Notes under the pieces: generated by a model
Database searches by the model: none
What the model was told of the DNA's origin: nothing
Seen by the model: only the letters and a program-made list of their open reading frames with translations
Program-made: the position numbers and the translations under genes
Assembly (NCBI RefSeq): GCF_018977255.1
Contig: NW_024704743.1
Location: 115,012,001-115,076,000 of the forward strand
From: Callorhinchus milii
Taxonomy: Eukaryota
DNA: 64,000 nt
Direction of reading: 5' to 3'
Part shown: positions 39,925 through 52,523 of the stretch, piece after piece
Position numbering within the stretch: position 1 is the first letter of the stretch
How the letters are laid out: the number at the start of each line of letters is the position of its first letter

Positions 39925-42477
39925 GCAACCCGTCCCTATGTTGTGTGTGGGGATGAATTATTCGAAAATGTTTCTCTCTCAGCATCTTCCAAATTGAGAT
40001 AAGAGCGACGCCAAAAACAAAGAGCGTTTTAGTTTATTCGCTCAAACAATGAGTTGAAAGTATTTGCACGTTAATGTTTTAAAGATGTTGTGTTCAGTTT
40101 AAACGCCGCGTTTGGAATAATTTGGCTTTGATTTAAAGAGCACAGTTTAAACCCATTTGACCGCTTTGGAAAATTAGATCAAATAGGCCAAATGGCCTTT
40201 ATCATTCAAATGGTCTTGTAATGTACTCACAAATTTACTTCATGGGCGTGTGAGCAATCCACGTGTACCAACACATCAAATTACTTTATCCCAAGCATTA
40301 TTTTAATATACAAATCTATTCGTTACTGTTTCATCTGAGTGAAGCGACATTCTCATAACTCAATCGCCTGCAAGATACAGTCACTTTACAGTAAATCATG
40401 TGAATTCGGTGTGTTGAAAAGGTGCTATATATCAAATGCAAGGGTTGTTGTTATTATATTGAACACTGTATTAAATTATAGCGACGATTTGTTTGTATGA
40501 TTCTGGGGATTTCGTTCTTTCGATAATTTAAGGATCCATTAAATATTATGTTGAGAACGCAAAATAGCAATATAGGTGCAACTAATGGTTATTGCAATTG
40601 TACACAACCAAAAATAACATGCAGCTGAATTGCATTCATTGTTGTATTTTACAGATCCAAACACGAGAGTCGGAAATCACGCTCTTATCTTTGAACATTT
40701 TAAACTTAACACAAATTGTGAAAGCAGGGTTCCTCGGTAACATAGTTTACAATTGTTAGTTCGTGGCTGTGTCCAAACAAACATCGTTTGCCAACTTTTT
40801 AGTTGTTACAAGACGCAATGTAAAAACAAACTGCAAATTGCTTTAAATCACAACTGAGCCATTGCAGGATAGCGTCTCAGAGCACTGAAACCCCATCGAC
40901 TCAAAGTATTGGCCAAACACTCTATATAACAGTGGTGGCAACCACTTAAAATCAATGATTCTTGATTGAATATGTCTTGATGTGTGCCATCGAGAAATTA
41001 TTGAGATTGTTTTACACATTTATTGTGTTGTTGGCCACCAATGCTCTGTAAGGAGTTAAGCATTTCCAGTATTGCTGTAGCACACGAGGACCTTCTAACC
41101 TTGTGGTGGTACAGTACTGTGTGTCAGTCTTGTTGCAATTAATCCTCGGGGATTTAAATGCATTGAATGTATTATCCTTTTGAATAAATGGGGGAACAGA
41201 CAGACAAACACAACCACTGTACACGGCAGTCCATCACCGGTGGGGGGGGCAACAAATCTAATCTTTCCAATTTATATAATCATGGAGGCATTCAGATAGG
41301 ACATTGTGTAACTTTGCATTCCTTTATCACACCCAAACCTTTCTTGTGCAGCCACGATGAGGAGTGCAAGAGCATCCTGGTGGAGGCTGATTTGTACTCC
41401 CCTCTGGGGAGAGATGTTTGCCTCCTTTGGGACGCCCTACCCCTTTTTAATTCGATTTAATTCAATTTAAACCCAGTTGAGATTGGAGAGATTCAGCATT
41501 GAGGTAGAATCGTTTGAATCCAAACTATTTTATTGAAAATTGTCATGCATTTTTTTTTTGGGGGGGAAGCTGTTTAGTGCGATAGCCACAGATTCAAAAT
41601 ATATGCACTCTTTGCCAAATTTCAGCTGGGTGTGTAACTGTTGATTTATTTCGAATCGATCTTAATGCATACGTTTTTATATTCTTTTCACCTCATTTCA
41701 ACGTCTTTATTTATTGTTTCCCCCTTCCTTTACTCCCCGACCAACTCGTTTTCTGCACCCCATCATCTGAGAAGGTGAGTGGATGCCATACCAAGCCTGA
41801 GACACCTCTCTCAAATGGTTGCTTGTCGGAGGCGTACGAGAGCATCCATCTAACCTTAATGACCCCTCTCTCCTTCTCTCTCTCCCATGGGAAAGCCCAC
41901 TCGCCTCTGTTCTCTGTGTGGGGAGACCAACATTGCAAGGAGCGAGATTGATCGAGAAATCCTCGAGTGGGGGGGGGAATCGTGGTACAAGTTCCTACAA
42001 TCCCACAGCACCGTATGTGATGCTTCCAAGACCTTACTCTATTGACTGCTCATGTTGTTAAGTGTTTAATTGTCGTAACAATGTGAGAGGCTGTTGCACA
42101 TATGAATGTCACACCACTTGATTTATCTTTTTTTTAAAATAGTAACATCTGGTGTATGCATTACTTTCCTTATTTATAAACGTCCCAAATAATTGACTTT
42201 TGAATGTTCCCCTCCAAGCCCACCATTGGTAGGCAAGCTTTGAGACTTTGCCTTTGGGAATTCTCTCACTATCTTTAAACCTCATCAAAGAACTGTCTAT
42301 TTTGACTGGGCTTTCAGACAATATTGTATCCACAAACTTCCTCCTTTGCAGCATAATTGTTGACCCACACTGTCTCTGTAAGGAGCTTTCGAACATTATC
42401 CCACGTGAAAAGCGTTATGCTGTATAAACCCAAGTTGCTCTGAACAGGATGCAAGAAAAGACTTATGATAGAATACA

Positions 42478-42840
42478 GTAACAACATTTACATTTGTAAA
42501 ATGCCTTTCACGTCGCGAGGACGTCCCAAGGCACTGGACAGACAGAGTTACAGACCCAAGCTGGGGGTAGACGTCATGGAGGGTGAAGCAGGGAGATCAA
42601 AAGCACGGTCGAAGAGGAGGGTCGTAAGATGGGTCTTGAATGTGGCAAGGGAGGGGGCGAGGCGGAGGGAGTGTGGGATGTAGTTCCAGAGGGTGCGGGC
42701 AGAGTGGTAGAAGTCCACCCGCCAATACTGGGGCGAGCGAGGCGGGGGACCTGAAGCAGGCCGGAGCCCACTGAGTGGAGAGAGCGAGCAGGATGTTAGG
42801 GATAGGAAGTTGCCGAGTTAGGGGGGAGCAAGACTGTGGA
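42478..42840 (-). mobile_element. L2 LINE 3' fragment
   Basis: Reverse complement matches the L2 3' region and tail seen elsewhere in the window. Confidence 0.75.
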
Positions 42841-45800
42841 GTATAGATGATCCTTCCCTCACCTCTGACCTCCAGGTTCTCTAATTCATATTTTTATTCA
42901 TGTTCATGTTATCCGTTTTGTCAATACTACTCTGGCTAGTAAAGCTCTGAATTTGTCTTTTTAGTCCTCCAACACTTCAAATATGTTATCTCACCAGATG
43001 TTTTCCCTCCATTCTGCATTCACGCCTTTAGTGAAATCAAAACTCATTGCACTGTTTCTTACTCTTGCTTATTCTTTCCCAGGACCTCAAGAGTGTAGAA
43101 TTTGTTACTTTCCTTGATCTTACTAATAATAATAACTACTAGCAATTGCTATTGTGCCTTATCACATTGAAACTTCTCACAGCGCTTCACAGAGTTTTTC
43201 TATAAGGTGTAGTGATTGCGTGTTTATAGTTGAAAAATAAAGGCCTGAGGCACGTGGCATGTCCAACAAATAATTTTGTATTTGGAGGATTGTTGGTCAG
43301 GACATGGGAGAAACTCCCTTCTCTTTTTGAATAGTGCAATGGGATCTTTAATGTCCCCCTGTACAGGCAGATGGGACTTTGATTTAACATCTCACCCAAA
43401 ATATGGCAACTCCACCACTGCAGTATTCCCCAGTAATGTAAACCTAAATAAACTATGAGCGCAAAGTCCTAACTTGGGGCTTGAACATTCATTCCAAAAT
43501 CACAACCTCTGATTCAAGAGGTGAAAGTGCTTCAATTGACAAGAGTTTACATGATTTAAAGTCCAAACTTATGACCTTAGAAATCTCTTATTTCCCTGTT
43601 ATATTAATAATAATCCTTGCATTTGATATAGCACTTTATCACGTCATTGAGATGTTTCAAAGCGCTTCACAGAATATACTGTAAAGTGAATTGAGTGTGT
43701 ATTTTTTGGGCGAAATTCGGCAGCCAATTACACACGCCAGTGTCCCACAAACAGGCATGGATTGAGTGATCAAATTTTTTTTGGGAGGGATTATTATTCC
43801 CGGAAAGCAATCTACCAATTGACTAACAATAGGGTTCCTACTTCCTGCTAGCTAAACAGAGCCATGTGGAATAAGGAAACTTGCCTAAGGTTTTACCCCA
43901 TCCGGGAATTGAACCCAGGTCCTCTCGCTTGCGAGGCAAGCCCACTAACCAGGAGGCAACAGGCCTCCTGCAAATATTTCAACCTTGCTGGTGTACTACA
44001 TTATGGATCTTGGGCCATTCACTCACATTCATATTAAAAAACAAAGCATATGAAGAGCATTGGAGGATTCTGGTAGCAGGTTGTCTGCTTGCCATATTAC
44101 AGCGTTCCAATAAAAAAGCAAGACAGGATATTAATGGTCCAGTCCATTCAAGCAGGACAGGACTCTTTTTCACCACTTCAAGTCATCCAAACAATCAGGG
44201 ACAGGTGTTGGTTATGGTGTGCAATATGAGGGCATTTTCCTGGAGTTAAACAGTACAGTTCAAACAGTAACAGTGTAGAGGTGGCAGAGATTCAGCGGGT
44301 CTAGCTGCCCACACCCTTTATTAAGGAACGGTTATTGTCTGAGAGAAACAAAAGAGCAATAAAGTAAAAACAATAAATGAATAAAAAGCAAATAAAAATT
44401 ATGTGTTTATATCAAAAAAATGCTATTGGAATTTGCTCACGGCAATTCATTTAAGTGGATTTGTCTGTACATGCTTAACTGATAGAAAATAATAGACCCA
44501 CTGTATTGGGTATGTGAAGTATGAATTCAGAGATTATCTTTTGGAAATCTGCTGCATATTTTGACATATATCTGACATATTCAGTTATTGACAACAATAC
44601 AGGTTTTATGTTTTCTCTTCGAGGGTTAACATAGGATACAATAACATATATAAAATAATTTGTGCACACCATCCGTTGCTACTACCGATTGGATGGTTTA
44701 GTGAGATCCTCGGATGGGCCTCACAGGACTAGGCCACGGCTCTGGCAGTGCATTTGGATAGCTCTTTTCAAAGAACCGGCATAGATGCAGTAAGCCGAAT
44801 GGCCTCCTTCTGTGCTGTATGATTCTGTGATTCTATGATTGCTAGATGCCGCAAGGTAAAAAGGAAGATTCATTGTTTTGGGAGATTGTTTAGTTCCAAT
44901 TTTTTTCTGAGTTCTATGGTGTGCTTGAATTACCTCACGTCTCATGACTTTATTCAGCCTTATCTAAATAACCAAAGATTATCAACAGTTACTGCTGTTT
45001 ATCAGTAATTTGCCTCTGCCTGTCATTATAATAATAATCCTTGCATTTAATAAAGCGCTTTTCACGTCTTCTAGACATCTCAAAGCGCTTCACTGAATAT
45101 ACTGTAAAGTGAATTGACTGTATATTTGTGGGCGAAATGCGGCAGCCAATTGCACACGGCAGTGTCCCACAAACAGTCGTGGATTGAAGTGACCAATTTT
45201 ATTGCTTTTTTTCTTGAGGGATTATTATTAGCTGTGTGGAGTAAGGAAACTTGTCCAAGGTTTCGCCCCCTCATTATACATTATAGTACATTTTGTTCTT
45301 CAGAAGAGACATTGAACTGAGTTCCCATCTGTTTGTTCATGTGGACGTTAAAGATCCAATGATACTATTCAAAAAGAGAAGGGAGTTGCTCCCAATGTCC
45401 TAATCAACAATCCCCTAAATAAAATTGCATATTCACTTCATGGCTGTTTGTAGGACTTTACTGTGCACAAAATCGGCTGCCTCATTCGTCCACAAAACAC
45501 ACAGGAGTCATTCCACTTTGCAGTAAACTCCTGATAACTTAACCCTGGTTTAACTTGTCACTATCACTTAAGTCATCATTCATTCAGATTACATTCATAT
45601 AGCGCCTTTCATGTCGGAAAGATATCCCAAGATGCTGAATTATCAGTCAATATCCTGACCTCATTTATTTATGTATTTATACATATGTCTAACTCACCAC
45701 TCCAGATCACTCATCACTGAGCCCTATTCCCTTGGAGTAAGTTATGAGCAATTTATTGAATATCCTGGAACATTGAATTATTGAATAACCCTTTGGCACA

Positions 45801-46739
45801 CCATTCCAACGTGAGAAGGCGCATTATCAAATGTAACGATTATTATTGATATATCAAATATTTTAACCTGTTTCCATCACACTAATCCTACTTCTGTTGG
45901 AAATTGCTGGTATGTGTGCAAACACATTGGAAGAGTCTAATATCCTATCCCTATGTGGCCAAGGCAGGCCATAGCAAGGTCTATTGAAGGTGTTTTGGAC
46001 TGGCATGTTCTAATGGGGAATTCGGAACAATCCGAGGGTCAAGTCACCTCTGGCTGCTTCCAGTGGCTTACAAGAGGATTCATCTGAGGCACTGGAGCAG
46101 ATTATTTTCCCATGTTTTCGGCTGTGGATTTGTATGTGAGAATAAAATACATTTTAAAAAAGATGCAAAGTGATCCTTTTGTTGGAAAGTATTTGTGCAT
46201 ACACAGCTTGATACTATGTTACATCAAAGTAGATCACAGCAGATAGCAAAGGTTCTTTGGAAAAGTATCCTTGGAGGATATCCAATAACCAAATGGTGAC
46301 TATACTCTGATGGAGGGTAGGTAAACAGCGTCTCTTTGGGGCTCAGAATCAAGTCAATCCTCTGAGGCCATCGGAGTACATGTCCATAATACCTCAGGGC
46401 AATGTCGATGACAGACCAGCCAGTCTGGGCTGGCAGCAGGATTTGGAGAAGCAGAACTGTGACTGAGGGAAGGGATTATTCAATTTGGCTCCAGAGAACC
46501 CCGCATGCCAAAGCCTCAACAAACCGGGTGGTCCGAGTTGGACAAGTAACAGAAAGCTTGCCAGACAGTGCTTTCAATGCCAGTTTTAGAGGTATGCATC
46601 ACAACATCACTTTCAAATCACATTATGGCGGTTTTTCACTCTCCCTGTAAAAAGCGTCGGCTTTTTCATATATACAGTATATAAAGCCTTGTGCATAGTA
46701 TTCTCTTGACGTTTCAGAAACTTGGAATTGCCTCCAAAA

Positions 46740-48175
46740 GCACACGGCCACTATACTTTACGGCGGGCGCCGCAAAACCCTGTTTCACCCACAAAATATA
46801 CAGTCAATTCAATTCGCAGTATATCCGGTGAAGCGCTTCGAGGCAGCTCGGAAGACGCGATAAGCTGCCATATCGAACGCAAAGGATTATTACAAATCGA
46901 TTTGCGACGTCCGCCTCACGCCACAAGGCACCGTATCGGATGCGAGGAGTAATTATCCACGAATCGGTCACACAGTCGATTTCAAACTCCTCACTCCCCT
47001 GCAAATCCCATCCCTTCGGCCCTTGGGCTCCTCCCGGCCTTTCCGACCAGCGTTCCCACCACCCGCTGCCTCCGCTCGGTTGGCTCTGGCCTCCGGCTCG
47101 TCCCTCGGCCCCTCCGCTCCACCGACGGCGGCCGCGCTTTCAGCCACGACGCCCTTCACCCCCCCCACCCCCAAAGCTTTGGAACGCTCTTCCCCAATCC
47201 CTCTGCCTTGTCCCCTCCTTTCCCTCTTTTCAAAGTGTTTTTTTTATTGTCCTCTCTGTCCTCTGGTCCTGGTGGAGACACAGGTTGCACTACTTCACGA
47301 AGGGCGGAGCAGAGTGCGGCCACATTTCAGTTGCAGTAGTGCGGTCCCCCGGTCACGTGCCGGCGTCCCCGCCCCGAGACTGTAACACGTCATGGCACGT
47401 GACGCGACCAGCGGACTGATACCGGGCTGAGTGCAGCGGCAGGCGCCGCCGAGTCACGTGTTGGCGCGAAAGGCGACTGCGAGTCGAGCACCGGGGGCTC
47501 CGCGAGTCTGTGCGTGTGTACAGAGGCGAGTAATAACCGGCCCCGCGCGTGTGTAGGGGAGAGTAATAACCGGCCCCGCGCGTGTGTGTAGGGGAGAGTA
47601 ATAACCGGCCCCGCGCGTGTGTGTAGGGGAGAGTAATAACCGGCCCCGCGCGTGTGTGTAGGGGAGAGTAATAACCGGCCCCGCGCGTGTGTGTAGAGGA
47701 GAGTAATAACCGGCCCCGCGCGTGTGTGTAGGGGAGAGTAATAACCGGCCCCGCGCGTGTGTGTAGAGGAGAGTAATAACCGGGCCCGCGTGGGTGTAGC
47801 GAGATTAATACCCGGGCCCGCGTGTGTGTAGAGGAGAGTAATACCCGGGCCCGCGTGGTTGTGGAGGCGAGTAATAACCGGGCCCGCGTGGTTGTGGAGG
47901 CGAGTAATAACCGGCCCCACACGTGGAGAGGTGTAATAACCGGCCCCCGTCTGTGTGTATGTAGAGAAGAGGAATAACGTCCCCCTCCCCCCGCGCCACC
48001 GCCTGGGTGAGAAGATACTGCTGGTGTGCAAACACATTGGAAGAGTAAAGGCGAGTAATAACCGGCCGCACACGCGGAGAGGCGAGTAATACCGGGCCGG
48101 CGCCGTGTGCGTGTGACGGGGGGGGCACCGCACCGCACTGCGCCACGTGGTGGGGCGGTGGCGCCCGTGTCTGTA
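46740..48175. promoter_or_regulatory. CpG island / likely promoter of the SNORD87 host gene
   Basis: Very high GC and CpG; CACGTG E-boxes at 47354, 47396, 47455, 47920 and 48144; E2F-type TTGGCGCGAAA at 47461; GC boxes. Lies upstream of the snoRNA array on the + strand. Confidence 0.7.
47528..48100. repeat. GC-rich 35-bp minisatellite (about 14-15 units)
   Basis: Unit GAGTAATAACCGGCCCCGCGCGTGTGTGTAG(G/A)GGA starts at 47561, 47596, 47631, 47666, 47701, 47736 and 47771, then degenerates 3'. Confidence 0.95.
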
Positions 48176-50589
48176 GCTCTGACTAATGTAAATCCTGAGA
48201 GTTTTATTTTAGCTCCAGGTTTTACATCTTGAAACTTCAGGATTATTATTGCCCCTTTTTTTTAAAAAAAAGAGAGAAACACAAGAGCGGTTCTCTTTTT
48301 TTTTAGACGTTTTATAATAAGACATTCGATGCTTCGTTTCGCTGAGGTTTTTATTCCATTTTGGTGGTCTCATCCCAGATCTGATAACTTATGGGGCACT
48401 CGAAATGCCACGTGTATTTATATAGTGACCTTCAAATAAGATAACACCCAGTTTTCTTGTTCAGGTGACACTATTCAAGGGGTGAAGTGTTTCTCCCGGT
48501 GTCCCGGCCAACAGTTTTCCACATAAATTGGTTGTTCACACTTGTGGGACCTTCCTGGGTTACTGCTTTACCCTATAAAATGCCCAAGTCATTGCAATTC
48601 CGAGGATCATCTCTGACTTTTAATGTTAGAGCATTAATGTTTTATGTATGGTTATAATTTTTATTCTGCAATGTAAATGTTTACTTTTAGCAACCAATGT
48701 TGTGTTATACTATATTTTTGGGAGGTAGTAGTTTATGCACAAACTATATTCCCAGTCAGTTTATTTAAAAACGTATGACCTTGTCTGTATTGTGAAGCGA
48801 AAATATACCTGGGTTTTAGCCATTTGGACACTATTTAAAATATGAACTTTCATATTAAAACTTAAAATTGTCTCTGGATAAGCGGTCAGAATTAATAACA
48901 ATTGATTTGTAGGAGTTTACTTTACTCTTCCATACATGATAAATTGAGCTACAAAAGAACTTGAGACATTTCTTAGTCTCGGTGTCATCATAAATCATGT
49001 CAGCAGCTGTGTGTCCTAATTTAGATGATAAATTGCCCCTTGCCACAAGGGCGTCATGATCAGAGCTGAACAGTGGACCTGACCATGCCCCTGTTCTCTC
49101 CAAAAGTATGGGTGAGATAGCTGGTGGTCAGAGTTAATTCTGCTGGGACTTAAATAGACCATTTCATTGTCTCTATGGTCTCATAATCGTGGTCTGGGTC
49201 ATGGTCTTGAAATGAACTGGCGGGGATGAGCTGCTTTGGATGAACTGGGACCAATGTAGCCAAGCTGTGGAGCACATGACCTTTGTACCCTGGTTGTTAA
49301 TCTTTCATTATATTTGCATGTGTCAAATTAATGTCATACATACTGTAATACTCTTGTTATGAATATGAACCAAAATGGATCAGCCTTCACTTAATAGCCA
49401 GTTTAATGTTGCTGAAAATTATGTTTTATAGATTGGACCAAATATAAAACTCCTTTTTTTTAAAATAAGTTGTAATGTCTATTGTAGAAGATAATCCAAT
49501 TAATGTTTTCAGCTTTTTGGTAATTTAGAGTTTGCATTTTTGAAATCAAAATTTTAAATAACCAGTTTTCCACAAATATTTATGGTTTTGCATCCAGTGG
49601 CGCTCCAAATGCTATGCCAAAATCACTGTCTACTTTAGATGATTAATAACAGAAGTACAAACTGATTGGGAAAATATGAAGGATGTAGGATGAGTGCTAG
49701 AAATGAAATATACTCTTAATTAAAATATGCTACATTTTAATATGCATTGTGCTTAGGTTAGATTATTCTATTGTCATTATGGTTGTAGATTCAAGTCATG
49801 TTAGGGACTTTGATTTTATGGCGTTGGATGACACTCGGGGCTGGATTGTGAGAGGTGGTGTTCTTTGGATGAGGCATTAAATTGAGGTCTTATTCTGTGT
49901 TCCTTTGGATTGCGTTCATGAGTTTTTCCCAGTGTATTGCCAGTATTTCTTCAGTTAAATTGGTCATTCACCCCTTATCTGCTTGTGTTGTAGACAAATT
50001 GGGCGTCACATTTACTTACAATTAGCCACTACACTTCACAGAAAACTAAAATACTTTGAGATGTTTTGCTGTGTTGAAGCAGTCACTATATCACATGCAA
50101 GGTATATTATTATCTTTAGAATATTTTCTACTTTGCATCTTAAATTGAGCTAAGAAAAACTAAATTTGTTTGAATACATGCATTGTAGACCTTATCTAAT
50201 TTTACGATTCACCTTTCCGTTGTTTGAAAATTCTCAGTTGGATATGATGTATTTAGCCATGACTGGGAATTTATTTAGTTGAAGGACAAGTTATATTAAT
50301 ATTGAATAGGTACAGTGCCATTCTGATTAACAAACATGTTGTATACTGTTACAGATGGTGGCAAATATCTTCAACCAATGTCTGCTTCAAAAGTACCATG
50401 TGAAAACTTCAGTATGTCATTTCAAATGTCTAAGGTGACATTTCATTTGCTGTGGTATCGTTTTGGTGAATATGAAGGTAAATAAAATTTATGTATCAAA
50501 TAACTTTGTGGTGAGTAGCATTAATTAGTCTGCTTGCAAGTAAATTTACATAATGAACAATATGTATTGAATTAATTGGGGTGTATTTA

Positions 50590-50670
50590 TGCTGGAATTG
50601 TGATGAGTACTTAATGTCGTTTACCCATCTGATTACGTGATGAGTATACAATAATTCTGAGATTCCAGCA
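50590..50670 (+). ncRNA. SNORD87: Box C/D snoRNA SNORD87 (U87) copy 1
   Basis: C box GTGATGA 50600; guide TGTCGTTTACCCAT; D' CTGA 50629; C' GTGATGA 50637; D CTGA 50657; 9-bp terminal stem TGCTGGAAT/ATTCCAGCA. The guide is complementary to the conserved 28S rRNA GGGUAAACGGC. Confidence 0.92.
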
Positions 50671-51690
50671 GCAGCATTTAAAATTGTTTTATCACCATAT
50701 AAATTATGGTTCATTAATACTAAAAACAAACAATACTTAGTTATTCTACAGTAAGTTTGGAATATGTGACAAGGTTTGAACCATAAAATGTAAGCCATGT
50801 ACGCTGTGAAAAATAGTCCTTCATTAATGTAAATTCCTGTTTGTTTAGTTGGAACTACATGCAATTGATGATACAAAAGCTGAGGGCCTGCATAATGCAT
50901 TAAATTGATTTTATTTAGAATATTAAAATGTTTTTTAGAAGGAATATCCACTATAGCAAAATCAAGTTGCTAGTTTTAGATTTTAATGCTATGGGCACCC
51001 CAGATGAAGCCATTTGTCTTGACGTTGCTTGCTCTCGTAGGCAGATGATGAGTTTACGCATTTGCAGTCTCTTATTTTTCACATTTAACTTTTTCGTTGC
51101 CTGCAAAACTGACCTGTAATGCAGGCTTTCATTCAACTGACTTTTTTTAAAATTGTAGTTGGTATAACACCTTTCATGTCAGGTGGATGTCTCAAAGACA
51201 GGATTTTTTCTGTAAATTATACTCTAAAGAAAAAAATCTCTTGCCATATTGTATTCACTTGTTAAAGGTGATTAGATTAACTAGTTTAAATGCAAAATGT
51301 GTTAGTGATGAATAATAACAATGAATGTGTTCACGTTAACTTATCGTTACAAACTGTTGCAGTGGGCAGCAAGGATGTTCGTCCAATTTCCGGTACAAAA
51401 ACGCTGAACATTCATAACAAATTCTGATATAAACACAGAAGCAGCAGTTCAGGAAGCATCCGTGGAGAATCGAAAATGAGTTAACGTTTCAGCTCTATGA
51501 TGTTTTGTCATAACAAATTCTGAGTGAGATGGCTTTTGATCTGCTGCAGAGATACTTTTGATGAAAATTAAGGTAAATAAAAATCATTAAGCAAGTTCAT
51601 AGTAAATATTTTAAAGCCTTGAAAGGGGATTGATGTAAAAATATAATTTAAATGAAGAACAATATATTTGAATTAATTGTGGTGTGTTTA

Positions 51691-51770
51691 TGCTGGAATT
51701 GTGATGAGTTCCTATGTCGTTTACCCATCTGATTGTATGATGAGGATATTATGATTCTGAGAATCCAGCA
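51691..51770 (+). ncRNA. SNORD87: SNORD87 copy 2
   Basis: C GTGATGA; guide TGTCGTTTACCCAT; D' CTGA; C' ATGATGA; D CTGA; terminal stem TGCTGGA/TCCAGCA. Confidence 0.92.
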
Positions 51771-52442
51771 ACATCATTGAAAATTGTTTTATCATCATCA
51801 AATAAATTCTAGTTGTGTAGATAACCACTGGTGTCATTAGTACTAACAAACAATACTTCATTATTCTGCAATAAGTTTTGAATATGGATTTTTTTAAAAA
51901 AAAACGTTGGTATTTGGTATAGCACTTTTCATGTCAGGTGGCTGTCTCAAAGCACTTCACAGGATTTTACTTTAAAGTGTAGTGATTGTGTTTTGAAAAA
52001 AAAGTTGCTCCCATGTTCCAAAGTGAGTGTTCTGTGTAAGAAAATGACACCTATTGCGACCATTGTTTAAATTAGAGCTTTATTGTTCTATTTTTCTATT
52101 AAAAAAATCTCTTGCCATATTCACTTGGAAAAGGTGATTAACTGGTTAAGTGTAAAATGTTTTAGTGCTGAATACAAACAATGAATGTGTTCACATTAAC
52201 TAATTTATCATTGCAGTTGGCTGCAAAGATGATTGCCAATATCTGGTACAAAAACACTGCTAACAAATTGTGAGTCTGAGAGGCGTTTGATCTGCTGCAG
52301 TAAAAATGAAGGTAAATATAAAAAATGATGCACCATTAAGCAAGTTCATAGTAAATATTTTAAAGCTTCCTTTAAGGGCAGTTTTGTAAAAATATAATTT
52401 AAGTAAAGAAGAATATATTTGAATTAATTGGGATTGTATTTA

Positions 52443-52523
52443 TGCTGGAATTATGATGAGTACCTATTGCCGTTTACCCATCTGATTGTATGATGAGGAT
52501 ATTATAATTCTGAGATTCCAGCA
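52443..52523 (+). ncRNA. SNORD87: SNORD87 copy 3
   Basis: C ATGATGA; guide TTGCCGTTTACCCAT; D' CTGA; C' ATGATGA; D CTGA; 9-bp terminal stem. Confidence 0.93.

Noticed and set aside
47528..48100. CRISPR-like appearance of the 35-bp repeat
   Set aside because: Units are contiguous with no unique spacers, there are no cas genes, and the context is vertebrate.
47353..48146. Long minus-strand ORFs (261, 247 and 113 aa)
   Set aside because: They are translations of the 35-bp minisatellite, whose reverse strand has no stop codons; the peptide is repetitive and cycles through frames.
48291..48304. 5'TOP start site of the snoRNA host gene
   Set aside because: A CTCTTTTTTTTT tract is present but could equally be an acceptor tract or a simple T-run; the TSS cannot be placed from sequence alone.
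50496..50951. 151-aa minus-strand ORF over snoRNA copy 1
   Set aside because: Low-complexity AT-rich translation with no homology, not preserved in paralogous modules.
51037..51115. Additional C/D snoRNA (ATGATGA at about 51045, CTGA at about 51108)
   Set aside because: No stem closing the boxes, no recognisable guide or internal boxes, and not retained in paralogous modules.
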